Below, piece by piece: positions 48,594-58,265 of a stretch of DNA of 64,000 nt. Made by a program: the position numbers and the translations under genes. Numbering within the stretch: position 1 is the first letter of the stretch; every line of letters begins with the position of its first letter. This DNA is from Escherichia virus TH54. The stretch lies in the sequence record MT446420.1; one strand, written 5' to 3'. The notes beneath the pieces were generated by a model, which was given only the letters and a program-made list of their open reading frames with translations, had not been told where the DNA came from and searched no databases.

Positions 48594-49166
48594 TCAGCTT
48601 GTCAATTCGAGCCAATGTTTCCTGCATAAAGATACGTACGATTCATTCCCACCGACCAATACTTGCTCGCCGTCCTTTACAGCAGCACCGTCGATTACTC
48701 GAGCGGTCATGGTTGCTTTCCGGCCGCAATGGCAGACGCCCTTTAATTCAACCAGTTTATCCGAAATAGCCAGAAGTCTGGCTGAACCGGGAAATAACTG
48801 ACCCCGAAAATCTGTTCTTAGCCCGTAACACATAACGGGGATATTGTAATTATCAACCACTCGTGCTAACTGGTCAATTTGCTCTGGCAACAAAAATTGA
48901 GCTTCATCGACCAGGACACAATGGATGTCCTTTTGAGACTCGGCCCATTTATAGAATTCAAACAGGTTCATGTCGGCCGTTACCAGGTTTGCTTCCTGGC
49001 TAATACCAATACGTGATTTAATTTCAGATTCCGAGTCCCGATTATCAATAACAGGCTTTAGCAAAAGCACACTCATTCCACGCTCTTTATAGGAATAAGC
49101 GGCAGTCAGCAATGAAGCTGTTTTGCCTGCATTCATTGCTGCGTAATGATAAATTAAACTCGCCAT
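48594..49166 (-). CDS. tk: thymidine kinase
   Basis: 190 aa; Walker A AMNAGKT; C-terminal Cys pairs; resemblance to T4 Tk. Confidence 0.9.
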   Translation of the reverse strand: MASLIYHYAAMNAGKTASLLTAAYSYKERGMSVLLLKPVIDNRDSESEIKSRIGISQEANLVTADMNLFEFYKWAESQKDIHCVLVDEAQFLLPEQIDQLARVVDNYNIPVMCYGLRTDFRGQLFPGSARLLAISDKLVELKGVCHCGRKATMTARVIDGAAVKDGEQVLVGGNESYVSLCRKHWLELTS

Positions 49167-49175
49167 ATCACCTTC

Positions 49176-49361
49176 TTAAAGCGTATTCACATAAGCTATT
49201 AATTCGTTTTCTTTCTCATCAAATCGATTAGCAAATTCTTCCAGATGGTCGGCATCTATCGGGCCATATTCATCATAAAAGGCGTTTGCTTCCGTATGCT
49301 CGTCCAAAAGCTCATGGATAAGCTCAAACAATCTACTTTTCTGACTAATACTTAAACTCAT
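49176..49361 (-). CDS. hypothetical protein
   Basis: 61 aa. Confidence 0.4.
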   Translation of the reverse strand: MSLSISQKSRLFELIHELLDEHTEANAFYDEYGPIDADHLEEFANRFDEKENELIAYVNTL

Positions 49362-49564
49362 TTCAGTTCACCATATCGTACAAATTCAGGGTGTTCACAA
49401 TCACCAGAATGGAGACCTTCACCTTCATGGTTAGGACATCCTTTATTAGAACAGTACCACCAGTAATCAAATCCACATTCCATTTCATCGTTGCATAAAA
49501 CTGCGATTACTGGCCATTCGCATTTTTCACATTTGGCCGTTTTAAGAATTCGGGCTTGGCTCAT
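49358..49564 (-). CDS. Cys-rich small protein
   Basis: 68 aa; CEKCEW..C...C..CPNHEG..CEH. Confidence 0.45.
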   Translation of the reverse strand: MSQARILKTAKCEKCEWPVIAVLCNDEMECGFDYWWYCSNKGCPNHEGEGLHSGDCEHPEFVRYGELK

Positions 49565-50015
49565 AATCCACCACTATTAAATCAATATCAGGAGTAAACA
49601 TGTCGATTAATTTAGAAACCTTATCCCAATCGCCGCCAGCAATACCACAACCAATACGAGGAATATAAATTACCGGTTTAAACAAAAGGGTTTCTGCCTG
49701 TAGATTTAATTCTATCATACAATTTACTAAAGCGCCATAATCAAGATTAGGGCCCGGTTCATATTGGGTGTACAAATTATAACACATACCAAACCCAGTA
49801 GGCTTATGTTTAAAAACAATAGACATATCACCGAGTTTTTCTCTGGAACCATATTCAGTAGTGGTTTTATCTATTTCTAAAACTTTTGGATAAGCCTTCG
49901 CCAACTGTCCAGCTACGCCAGAACCCATTGTGTGAAAGCAGTTGCAACCATGTGCAATAATATTGCCTTGAAGAAAGAGGGCGACAATATCGCCCTTAAT
50001 ATACTGGGTAATCAT
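49542..50015 (-). CDS. macro-domain protein
   Basis: 157 aa; GDIV...NIIAHGCNCFHTMGSGVAGQLAKAYP matches the macro-domain nucleotide-binding signature. Confidence 0.65.
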   Translation of the reverse strand: MITQYIKGDIVALFLQGNIIAHGCNCFHTMGSGVAGQLAKAYPKVLEIDKTTTEYGSREKLGDMSIVFKHKPTGFGMCYNLYTQYEPGPNLDYGALVNCMIELNLQAETLLFKPVIYIPRIGCGIAGGDWDKVSKLIDMFTPDIDLIVVDYEPSPNS

Positions 50016-50371
50016 TTAGAGTTCAATCCTCTATTATATGAATCCACTAACCTGTCAACCATACTGGTGCAGGCCGCCTTATATTTTGCACTTGAAAGAA
50101 TGCAATCCATTTCAAATAATTTCTTTTCATATTTGTTGGATAATACATTCTTTTTCAAAAGTGTATGTTCAACATCATTTTGACCATCTTTATATGCCGC
50201 GGTGAGCTTGGCGCTGAACTGGATTACACAATCCACATTGCTTGCTGCGCAATAATCTTTAGCCGTCCTCGTTGCATATTCTATGATGCTGTTGTTGTCA
50301 TCGCTCTGTACTGAAGCTATTCCTCCCATGCTGAATACTAACCCTATGGCTAAAGTGATAACTCTTACCAT
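50012..50371 (-). CDS. secreted protein (signal peptide)
   Basis: 119 aa; N-terminal hydrophobic signal sequence. Confidence 0.5.
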   Translation of the reverse strand: MVRVITLAIGLVFSMGGIASVQSDDNNSIIEYATRTAKDYCAASNVDCVIQFSAKLTAAYKDGQNDVEHTLLKKNVLSNKYEKKLFEMDCILSSAKYKAACTSMVDRLVDSYNRGLNSK

Positions 50372-50373
50372 TT

Positions 50374-50916
50374 TTAATCCACCGTTTTTAATAGGCCTCG
50401 TGATTTTAAGTAGTTAGCTTTTTCTAGGACTTGTGAAGCATACTTATTACCAGCTTTCACATTCCACCCTGCGTTATATGATGATAGTGTTTTCCTTATA
50501 TCCCCCTTATGAATATCCAACCAGTATGAAAGCTCAATGTAAGCCCAGCGTGCACTGTTCTCTCTCTTGCTTATCATCTTGATTATTTCTTTATCTGTCA
50601 TTGTCCACCCAACCTGTTTCACGCGTTCGCGCACGGTTGGAAGATAATTTTGGAATATACCATATGCATGGTGCTTATCTTTATTTAATCCAGTATTAAT
50701 CCCAGCAGAACTCTCCTGCCAGGTTAAACCAGCCATGATATATCCCAAACCATTATGTTGGTGCGGATTTTCTTTGTACTTACCATTTTTCTGGAACTGT
50801 TCTCCAAACGCATAAGCATATTGAAGGTTTTCCATTTGTTCATTACTGAAAGTAGGCTCTACGCTATGGGCAGACATACTAACTGTCAATAGTAAGGTGG
50901 CGATTACTTTTTTCAT
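50374..50916 (-). CDS. secreted lytic transglycosylase (SLT domain)
   Basis: Signal peptide; SLT motifs WQESS, YGIFQ and SYNAGWN. Confidence 0.65.
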   Translation of the reverse strand: MKKVIATLLLTVSMSAHSVEPTFSNEQMENLQYAYAFGEQFQKNGKYKENPHQHNGLGYIMAGLTWQESSAGINTGLNKDKHHAYGIFQNYLPTVRERVKQVGWTMTDKEIIKMISKRENSARWAYIELSYWLDIHKGDIRKTLSSYNAGWNVKAGNKYASQVLEKANYLKSRGLLKTVD

Positions 50917-50926
50917 GAATTCCCCA

Positions 50927-51385
50927 TTAGATATAAATCACTTTTGTGCTAATTTTTCCTTCCAGACGATTAGAGTTAACAAACGCCATACGGCAACACA
51001 TGGTTGGAGACTTCCCAGGAATAGCGGGGTTAACTGTCATTCCTAACCATAGGTTCTTGTCCGTGATTTCCAGACGAAGTGGACGGTAGTTCACATTCGG
51101 GTCAATTTGTGCTTCAACTTCCGGGAGTGGTTTCATCTCCAAGAATTCAACGATTTCTTTTACATGTGGTGTGATTTTTCCAAACAAGTCAAAAACATAT
51201 TGTTCATCAATTTCACGCTGGATTGCACGGTCCAATAGGTGTGGACTGTACTTAATGAAGAATGCTTCAAGGCCTGCTTCTTTACAAGCCTTGTTGATAG
51301 CATTATTAATTTTGAGGAACTCCGTTTCAAAAATGCGACGAAGTTTATTGCGGCGAATGTAAACACTTGAATCGATAGTAGTCAT
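50927..51385 (-). CDS. regB: endoribonuclease RegB
   Basis: Start trimmed to MTTIDSS after AAGGAGA; FIKYSPHLLDRAIQREIDE resembles T4 RegB. Confidence 0.8.
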   Translation of the reverse strand: MTTIDSSVYIRRNKLRRIFETEFLKINNAINKACKEAGLEAFFIKYSPHLLDRAIQREIDEQYVFDLFGKITPHVKEIVEFLEMKPLPEVEAQIDPNVNYRPLRLEITDKNLWLGMTVNPAIPGKSPTMCCRMAFVNSNRLEGKISTKVIYI

Positions 51386-51409
51386 GATTATCTCCTTTTG
51401 TTTGATGGG

Positions 51410-51441
51410 ATAATCATAACTCATTTCAATCTGCTTGTACA

Positions 51442-51442
<1 letters not shown>
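51410..51442 (-). promoter_or_regulatory. early-type sigma70 promoter
   Basis: Reverse complement GTGTACA-N16-TTATGATTAT. Confidence 0.45.
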
Positions 51443-52021
<579 letters not shown>

Positions 52022-52025
<4 letters not shown>

Positions 52026-52255
52026 TTCACTTCCTCGCCAGTTGCGATATCATATTCCACCAAACGAATGCCGTCAGTCCAACCTTGCACGGAGATATAA
52101 GTAGTTGGATAAATCATTTCTTTACCATTCCACTGACCACCGTCCCAGCATTCCAGAAAGTCTTGTTCACCTGGTCCATTAAACCATTCAACAAATCTCT
52201 TCAAAGCTGCATCAGAACCTTCAATTGTCAATTTAGACATATTTTTTCCAGTCAC
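52022..52255 (-). CDS. hypothetical protein
   Basis: 77 aa. Confidence 0.4.
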
Positions 52256-52532
52256 TAATTAATCGCACATCCTGGTCATACGTCAGGAGGCTACGAGTTA
52301 TAATACCCTTACATGGTCCAGAAATAAATTCCAGGGTAAAGTAAGGAACCAACTTCATCAAGCGAATACTCGGAGCAGTGCAACGAAATCTGGACCCAAT
52401 AAAAGGTCCAGACAAAAACACATACTCAAAGAAATTTGCTTTATTAAAGATTTCAAAATTCTTTACGAAATCTTCTGACCTAACCTTTGGAATAAAATAG
52501 ATTTGGTCAAAAAGCTCTTCATGGGTCATCAT
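52233..52532 (-). CDS. hypothetical protein
   Basis: 99 aa. Confidence 0.4.
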   Translation of the reverse strand: MMTHEELFDQIYFIPKVRSEDFVKNFEIFNKANFFEYVFLSGPFIGSRFRCTAPSIRLMKLVPYFTLEFISGPCKGIITRSLLTYDQDVRLISDWKKYV

Positions 52533-53074
52533 TGCATTCCTATCACAAAGAACAGTGGACGTGTGGTTTGATTGGTTTCTTCACATGATGCACGACAGCA
52601 ATGTTGCACCACCTTTATATGGGCATCGTAAATTTTATCCATATCCGGTGTTTTAATAGGTTCATCAATTATATACAGAATACGTGAAAGTGATAATCCA
52701 CGGAATTTGCATGCAGTATTACCAATAAAACTACGAACAGAATCAGTGTACAAACGATACTTAATACTTTCTGTATGGTTATTAAAATATTCCTTTCTGA
52801 TTGCAGTAGCCGAAACATTAGCATATGCCGTGTTATTAGACAAAATAACAATAGAACCGCCATCAGCTAACCATTCCGTAGCAAAAATGGATACCGCTTT
52901 AGTTTTACCGGATTGGCGCCCGCCATCAAGTTTTAAGGTGCAGCATTCTTTAAACAGGGTTTGTGAATCGGGTACATAAAACCCACTATTACAAATGTGT
53001 TCTACTCTAGCATCAGAATGGTTTGCAAAAGCATTCATCAGGGATAGATAACTACCGGTTAAAAACGTTTTCAT
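52529..53074 (-). CDS. P-loop NTPase-like protein
   Basis: Walker A-like GGRQSGKT and Walker B-like ILYIIDE. Confidence 0.5.
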   Translation of the reverse strand: MKTFLTGSYLSLMNAFANHSDARVEHICNSGFYVPDSQTLFKECCTLKLDGGRQSGKTKAVSIFATEWLADGGSIVILSNNTAYANVSATAIRKEYFNNHTESIKYRLYTDSVRSFIGNTACKFRGLSLSRILYIIDEPIKTPDMDKIYDAHIKVVQHCCRASCEETNQTTRPLFFVIGMQ

Positions 53075-53238
53075 AATTGTCTCTTTTTAAGTTGTGGGCC
53101 GTTCCTTGGCACATTAATTCATCCATGTATCCGAATGTAAACCCCTTACCGCACTCGGGCTCGACCTTATTACAGGTAGGGAAAGGTCCATCACTCAGAG
53201 GACGCGACGTTCATGAGGAGAGGGTCGGTTTGCCTTTA

Positions 53239-53538
53239 TTAAAAAGAACCAGAGCCTTTAATTGTGTTCTGGCGACCTTTATTTTCTAATTCAGAATGGT
53301 CGATTTCGTATGCTTGTGCTACACCAAAGGCCTTTTTAACTTTAGCTAAAGAACCTTTAGATGTAACAATATTAAAAGTATTACCTTTAGTAAAATCAAC
53401 CAAATCCACTTGTACACCCTGTTTACCGAGGCTTGCTACAATAGCATCAACATATTGTTGGTCTAAATTACCCTGAACCCCAATTTGAAATGCTTTAGGA
53501 GCTTTGACTTCAGTAATAAATTCTTGATAAGTTTTCAT
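53239..53538 (-). CDS. internal protein (capsid-targeting N-terminus MKTYQEFITE)
   Basis: 99 aa; conserved N-terminal 10 aa shared with the next two genes. Confidence 0.7.
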   Translation of the reverse strand: MKTYQEFITEVKAPKAFQIGVQGNLDQQYVDAIVASLGKQGVQVDLVDFTKGNTFNIVTSKGSLAKVKKAFGVAQAYEIDHSELENKGRQNTIKGSGSF

Positions 53539-53561
53539 TTATTCGCTCCAAGTTGATAGGA

Positions 53562-53593
53562 TAATTATACACTATCCCATCATAAAGTAAACA
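53562..53593 (-). promoter_or_regulatory. early-type sigma70 promoter
   Basis: Reverse complement GTTTACT-N16-TGTATAATTAT. Confidence 0.45.
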
Positions 53594-53594
53594 G

Positions 53595-53858
53595 TTATGC
53601 TTTACCGCCAGAAACAATACCAAAGGTCTCAAAGTCCCATTCAATATCGTCAACATCAACTTTCTTACCAGCAACCACGAATGCGATTTCGCGACGTTTT
53701 GCATAGGTGACAATTTCTTTACCATCACCACCAAAGAAAGAATAACCATTGCGCTTCATGGTGCCAAAGTCTTCAGCATCACCGGCGAAGGCGCGGACTT
53801 TAAAAGCACCGGTAGGAGCTTTAGCAGATTCAGTAATAAATTCTTGATAAGTTTTCAT
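53595..53858 (-). CDS. internal protein (MKTYQEFITE N-terminus)
   Basis: 87 aa. Confidence 0.7.
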   Translation of the reverse strand: MKTYQEFITESAKAPTGAFKVRAFAGDAEDFGTMKRNGYSFFGGDGKEIVTYAKRREIAFVVAGKKVDVDDIEWDFETFGIVSGGKA

Positions 53859-53871
53859 AATGTCTCTTTAA

Positions 53872-54186
53872 TTACTCTTTAGGGAAATCACGCAAAAATG
53901 CATCATAAAGTTTATTACCAATGCGACGGAATGCTTTTGCCGCATGAACGTTATCCGGATTTGCAATTTTAATCTGCATTACATGACTACCAGCCCATGA
54001 TTTGGCTTCATCATAATAGCCTTTAATTTCTTTAATAGTCTTACGTTTTCCACCAGGGCCATCAACAGTAATTTTCCACGAACCCGTGCTCGTTTCACTT
54101 GGTGGGGTTAATTGTTCAATCCAGACATAACCACCTTCAACACGTTTTTGGGTAGATTCAGTAATAAATTCTTGATAAGTTTTCAT
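53872..54186 (-). CDS. internal protein (MKTYQEFITE N-terminus)
   Basis: Track ORF trimmed to the conserved MKTYQEFITE start. Confidence 0.65.
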   Translation of the reverse strand: MKTYQEFITESTQKRVEGGYVWIEQLTPPSETSTGSWKITVDGPGGKRKTIKEIKGYYDEAKSWAGSHVMQIKIANPDNVHAAKAFRRIGNKLYDAFLRDFPKE

Positions 54187-54215
54187 TTTATATTCCATTG
54201 TTTGGTTGATAAAAT

Positions 54216-54246
54216 CATTATACAACCTTTTTAGTTAAGCGTACAC
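54216..54246 (-). promoter_or_regulatory. early-type sigma70 promoter upstream of the internal-protein cassette
   Basis: Reverse complement GTGTACG-N15-TGTATAATGAT. Confidence 0.45.
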
Positions 54247-54651
54247 AGCTTTCCCATAGTATTTGTACCAGGTAGGCTTTTGAGAAATTTTCTCATTCAG
54301 TCTGGCTTGACTGATTTCAATTGACCAGATTGATGGTTGATAATCATTTTTCCATTCATCAGGAATATCACTTAAATCTTGGGTAGAAATATCTTTTATG
54401 TTAAACCCTCGCTTTAAACATTCTGCAATAAGTTCTTGATGACGGTTTTTAAGGAACAAAAGTTTATCATAAAAGAAGGTAACATGACCAGTCCCTAAAA
54501 GAAAAGATGATGGGATTTTAAAGTCAGAAACCTTTTTACCATTTTGCACATGCTTACGAACAGCACCAAACACGCGAGGAAGTTCACGATATTCAGCCAT
54601 AAGATGTTGGTCAGCGAGTTCAGATACCAGGGTTAAATTAATGCGAGTCAT
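54235..54651 (-). CDS. denV: endonuclease V (pyrimidine-dimer DNA glycosylase)
   Basis: 138 aa; [29 protein letters not shown] close to T4 DenV. Confidence 0.9.
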   Translation of the reverse strand: MTRINLTLVSELADQHLMAEYRELPRVFGAVRKHVQNGKKVSDFKIPSSFLLGTGHVTFFYDKLLFLKNRHQELIAECLKRGFNIKDISTQDLSDIPDEWKNDYQPSIWSIEISQARLNEKISQKPTWYKYYGKAVYA

Positions 54652-54676
54652 GTTTGTTCTCCGTAGTTGATAGGGT

Positions 54677-54707
54677 CATTATAACCCTATCATTTGGAGA
54701 TGTACAC
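54677..54707 (-). promoter_or_regulatory. early-type sigma70 promoter
   Basis: Reverse complement GTGTACA-N16-TTATAATGA. Confidence 0.45.
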
Positions 54708-55195
54708 TAATATGCGTCAAAAGTTCCGGTACGGAACGTTTCTATAACTCGTTTGGCTCGGTTCGGAGTCTGGACTTTATACCATCTCGAGTCGGCCAGT
54801 TCCTTAGCGGCGGCTTCCCACGATTTGGCCTTCAACAATCGCATACCCTTAGGAAAACCAGCTACCCCTGCAACACCCATCTGGAATACCATATTAATGA
54901 GTGCACAACGACGAACTTCATCCAGTACATCATAAACAGGTTTTAAGACAGGATGCCTCAAGATTCCGGCTTTAGCTTTTTCGACCGAACGGTTAAACAA
55001 TGTTTCAGCTTCGTGCTGGGTTATGCGACCATTGCAAACGCGACCCATGAGCTTATCGAGTTCGGCACGAGCAACATCTTTTGATGGGTTCTTAGTTATC
55101 AGTTGCCCGATACCAATGGTCCAATAGCCTTCAGTATCTTTATACAAATCCAACTTACAACCTTCATCTATGCGTAACATTTCGAATATATTCAT
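54707..55195 (-). CDS. e: endolysin (T4-type lysozyme)
   Basis: 162 aa; [12 protein letters not shown]...[11 protein letters not shown] with catalytic Glu/Asp/Thr context. Confidence 0.9.
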   Translation of the reverse strand: MNIFEMLRIDEGCKLDLYKDTEGYWTIGIGQLITKNPSKDVARAELDKLMGRVCNGRITQHEAETLFNRSVEKAKAGILRHPVLKPVYDVLDEVRRCALINMVFQMGVAGVAGFPKGMRLLKAKSWEAAAKELADSRWYKVQTPNRAKRVIETFRTGTFDAY

Positions 55196-55222
55196 AATAC
55201 CCCCTTTATATAGGGGTATTTA

Positions 55223-55681
55223 TTATCCGAAAATTTGAGTCATTACCTTGTACATCGATTTACCCATCACATACTGCCATTGACTCGGTTTAATCAAAGC
55301 AAATGCATCGAACTCTGGGACTGTACTACCATCCGGGAAGGTATGATAGGCAGAGCATTTACTATGTCTGAACTGCTCATGCTCGACCGGAACCGTGTAC
55401 AGAAACAGGTGAAGATTTTTGTTATCTGAATAGCGGAATTCACCCAGGTCCTTTAAGAATGCTGGGTCATATTGGGTAAACCCGGTTTCTTCTTCGGTTT
55501 CACGGATAGCAGCTTCAATCGGGGATTCATCAGCTTCAACATGACCCTTAGGGATGTCCCATTTGTGTGCAGGCATACCTGGTTTACGAGAACCGGTCAC
55601 ACGACCCATGAATAACTCTTTATCTTCAGTCATGAAAATAATGCCAGCAGATAATTCTTTCACCTTGTTTTTCTTACTCAT
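55223..55681 (-). CDS. nudE: Nudix hydrolase
   Basis: Nudix box GHVEADESPIEAAIRETEEETG; start set at ATG 55679-55681 (track start is GTG). Confidence 0.8.
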   Translation of the reverse strand: MSKKNKVKELSAGIIFMTEDKELFMGRVTGSRKPGMPAHKWDIPKGHVEADESPIEAAIRETEEETGFTQYDPAFLKDLGEFRYSDNKNLHLFLYTVPVEHEQFRHSKCSAYHTFPDGSTVPEFDAFALIKPSQWQYVMGKSMYKVMTQIFG

Positions 55682-55910
55682 CGTCACGTTCCCAGGATTG
55701 GTTAAAAATATCACTCATTAAAAATTCAAGTCTATTTTCCAATGAAGGGGATTCACTATCAGAAATTTGAATTCTGTATTCAGAAATAGGGCGGAACATA
55801 TCCAAGTCAGTTTCTAAATCATCTTTGATTTTCTCTTCTGATGTACCTGTATCATAGGAATACAGATAAGAATCACACGACTCAGATTTAATATAAATTG
55901 CAATACTCAT
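55674..55910 (-). CDS. hypothetical protein
   Basis: 78 aa. Confidence 0.4.
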   Translation of the reverse strand: MSIAIYIKSESCDSYLYSYDTGTSEEKIKDDLETDLDMFRPISEYRIQISDSESPSLENRLEFLMSDIFNQSWERDDE

Positions 55911-56494
55911 TTACGGCATTCCTCAATAAAAGAGTTCAATGTATTTTTCTTGGCGATATCGTCGTATACCTTTTTAACTTTAGAAATACGAAAAGGTACT
56001 TCAATAACCATAGTCCATAAAAGTGATGCAATAAGTCCAACAGCAGCAGAAGAAATGCACGCGCCCATTACAGCTACAGGTGCTTCATTTTTACCTGTCA
56101 GGAAAAACCACAGGATTGGTAAAAATAAGATTCCAGCCCATGCATAAAACCTGGAACAAATTAACTTATCAAATTCATCTTTCCAGGTACGAAATCCATA
56201 TTTCTTGCTATAAGAAATTAATGGGTCTGGTGTCTGTTCTTTGAGTGGTTCTGGTTGATGCCCATTAATGATGTATCCCATTTTATATTCCTTAATTAAA
56301 AGCTCTTTCATATGACGATTGCATCGCGACCAATCAACATTTTCAACCTTGATTCCTTCATCACCATCATCAAGGTTCGCCCAATATTTTTTGGCAATCA
56401 TAAATTCGTCTCTTGATACAATTATACCTGTATTTTCTGGGCGACGGATGAAGTTTACATCAACACCCATACACCCAGGTTCATAAAGGGCCAT
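55907..56494 (-). CDS. membrane protein, FIxEC C-terminal family
   Basis: 195 aa; TM helices; C-terminal NSFIEECRK. Confidence 0.5.
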   Translation of the reverse strand: MALYEPGCMGVDVNFIRRPENTGIIVSRDEFMIAKKYWANLDDGDEGIKVENVDWSRCNRHMKELLIKEYKMGYIINGHQPEPLKEQTPDPLISYSKKYGFRTWKDEFDKLICSRFYAWAGILFLPILWFFLTGKNEAPVAVMGACISSAAVGLIASLLWTMVIEVPFRISKVKKVYDDIAKKNTLNSFIEECRK

Positions 56495-57183
56495 TACCAG
56501 CCCTCCATGGGGAATTCCAGATATACTTGAGCATTAACGCGGATTTCATTGGTAACTTTATTAACACGGTCAGTTTTACGAGATACGCGACCAAACCAGC
56601 GCCAACCGTTACTAACTGTTTTTGTTCCAGTATGCCAGGTCTGCCAGTTGAATTCACATAATGTGCGGTCAGGAGCTTCTTGAACTAAAAGTTCACCCGC
56701 CTTGATTTTTTCCAGAACTTCCTGGTGCCACTGGCGATAGATAAGTTCGCCATCAGGAATCTGACTGAATTCTGCAGTTCCAAGAGCAAAATTAGTAGGG
56801 CAAACAGAAGCGTTAACCAGACCCAGGATGTGTTCAGAATGGTAACGAGGGTTATCATAATCAGGTTGTCCTGCTGTAATAAAATGTTGTCCTGCTGGAA
56901 TATCTGGTCGCGGTACGTCATCATGGTGATATCCAGGGATAGCAGGATACCAACCAGGCATTAACATGTGTACACGGGAATCAAATACAATATCAGGGCC
57001 ACATTGCCAATCTTCAGGCAGGTTTTCAATAAAGCTACGAGTAATAGGACCGCCATGCTTATGCGCAAATTCTGGATAGCAGTTAAAGAACATGGGCTCA
57101 TTTTTAATCATATCATTACTGATATCTTGAGCAAATTGACCAACTTCACGCATTTGACTATTAAAAGTTTTTGGACTGTTCAT
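56494..57183 (-). CDS. hypothetical protein
   Basis: 229 aa; His/Asp-rich segment PGYHHDD. Confidence 0.5.
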   Translation of the reverse strand: MNSPKTFNSQMREVGQFAQDISNDMIKNEPMFFNCYPEFAHKHGGPITRSFIENLPEDWQCGPDIVFDSRVHMLMPGWYPAIPGYHHDDVPRPDIPAGQHFITAGQPDYDNPRYHSEHILGLVNASVCPTNFALGTAEFSQIPDGELIYRQWHQEVLEKIKAGELLVQEAPDRTLCEFNWQTWHTGTKTVSNGWRWFGRVSRKTDRVNKVTNEIRVNAQVYLEFPMEGW

Positions 57184-57242
57184 AATATTTTCCTCATTGA
57201 TTGTGGGACCATTGTGTCATGGTCCCACTTGGATGTACACAA

Positions 57243-58265
57243 TTATTTTTCGAAAGGACGAATTAAATGTTGGTTAGCCTTAAAGCGTTTAACATAGTCT
57301 TCATGACCCAGTGTGTTATACATATTAACCACGTCCTGATAATGTTCCCAGGCATACTCACGGAACCATCCAGAAGTAATGGAGGTGCAGACTTTTTCCA
57401 GCGCAATATGGAAGCTCATGGATGGAGAGATATTGAACTCATTAGGAACCTGCGAACGTTCCAGAGCGAGCACACATGCTTCTTCATAAACCCCTGCCAG
57501 TTTAATAACATCAGGCAGTGCTTCAAATTTTTCACGTGAGGTCATGACTTCTGAATCATCCTTCATATAGAACTTATATGCAGGCTTATCAGCAAGCGCC
57601 ACAGCCTCGTGGATGGAGTCATGGTCAAGGGTATAGATTGTATCATTAAAGAAAGTTTTCTTGCCCACATCTAGTTTAGGGTGACTGTATGACAGTGTTT
57701 CTGCCTGACGCTGCAGCATGATTTTCTGCAGTTCATCATTAAGAACAACACCCTTATTGCGAAGATAATTAATATGACTCATGGTCTTCAGGAAGAATGG
57801 GTTGTTCTTCAGGTAACGATGAGACAATTTAATCGCCAGACAAATATCAGGAGTCGCCCAATAGAAACCTGTAAGACGGTCTTTCTTAATATGATTTTCA
57901 GCGTATTTCAAGAGACGATAACTTGAGGTGAAATCTTCGTCTTGAAGCTCACCAGTAATTTCTCGTACGTTAGTCAGGGCACGGACAATATAAGCTTCAA
58001 AATAGGTTTCTTTGCCATTGTACATACATTTAAAAGCTTGGACATCAGGGTTATCCACAGGAACATGAGCACCGAACATACGTGCTTTAAAGTGGTTCCA
58101 AGAACCCTGGTCAGCGATAAAGTCCCAATCAGAGTTTTCAATTTTCTGACTTTCAATCAGACCAGCGTTATGTAATGCACGAGAACCAATAACTAACATC
58201 ATAATATTTTCCTCAGTAAACTTAAATTTCAGCAACGTAATCGTTATGCAATTCCCACATATCAT
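57243..58265 (-). CDS. hypothetical protein
   Basis: 340 aa, start uncertain. Confidence 0.5.
   Translation of the reverse strand: MICGNCITITLLKFKFTEENIMMLVIGSRALHNAGLIESQKIENSDWDFIADQGSWNHFKARMFGAHVPVDNPDVQAFKCMYNGKETYFEAYIVRALTNVREITGELQDEDFTSSYRLLKYAENHIKKDRLTGFYWATPDICLAIKLSHRYLKNNPFFLKTMSHINYLRNKGVVLNDELQKIMLQRQAETLSYSHPKLDVGKKTFFNDTIYTLDHDSIHEAVALADKPAYKFYMKDDSEVMTSREKFEALPDVIKLAGVYEEACVLALERSQVPNEFNISPSMSFHIALEKVCTSITSGWFREYAWEHYQDVVNMYNTLGHEDYVKRFKANQHLIRPFEK

Noticed and set aside
56494-57183. Possible Fe(II)/2-oxoglutarate dioxygenase based on a His/Asp-rich segment (PGYHHDD...RYHSEH...RVS)
   Set aside because: Spacing between the putative HxD, distal His and RxS does not match the canonical 2OG-oxygenase arrangement.
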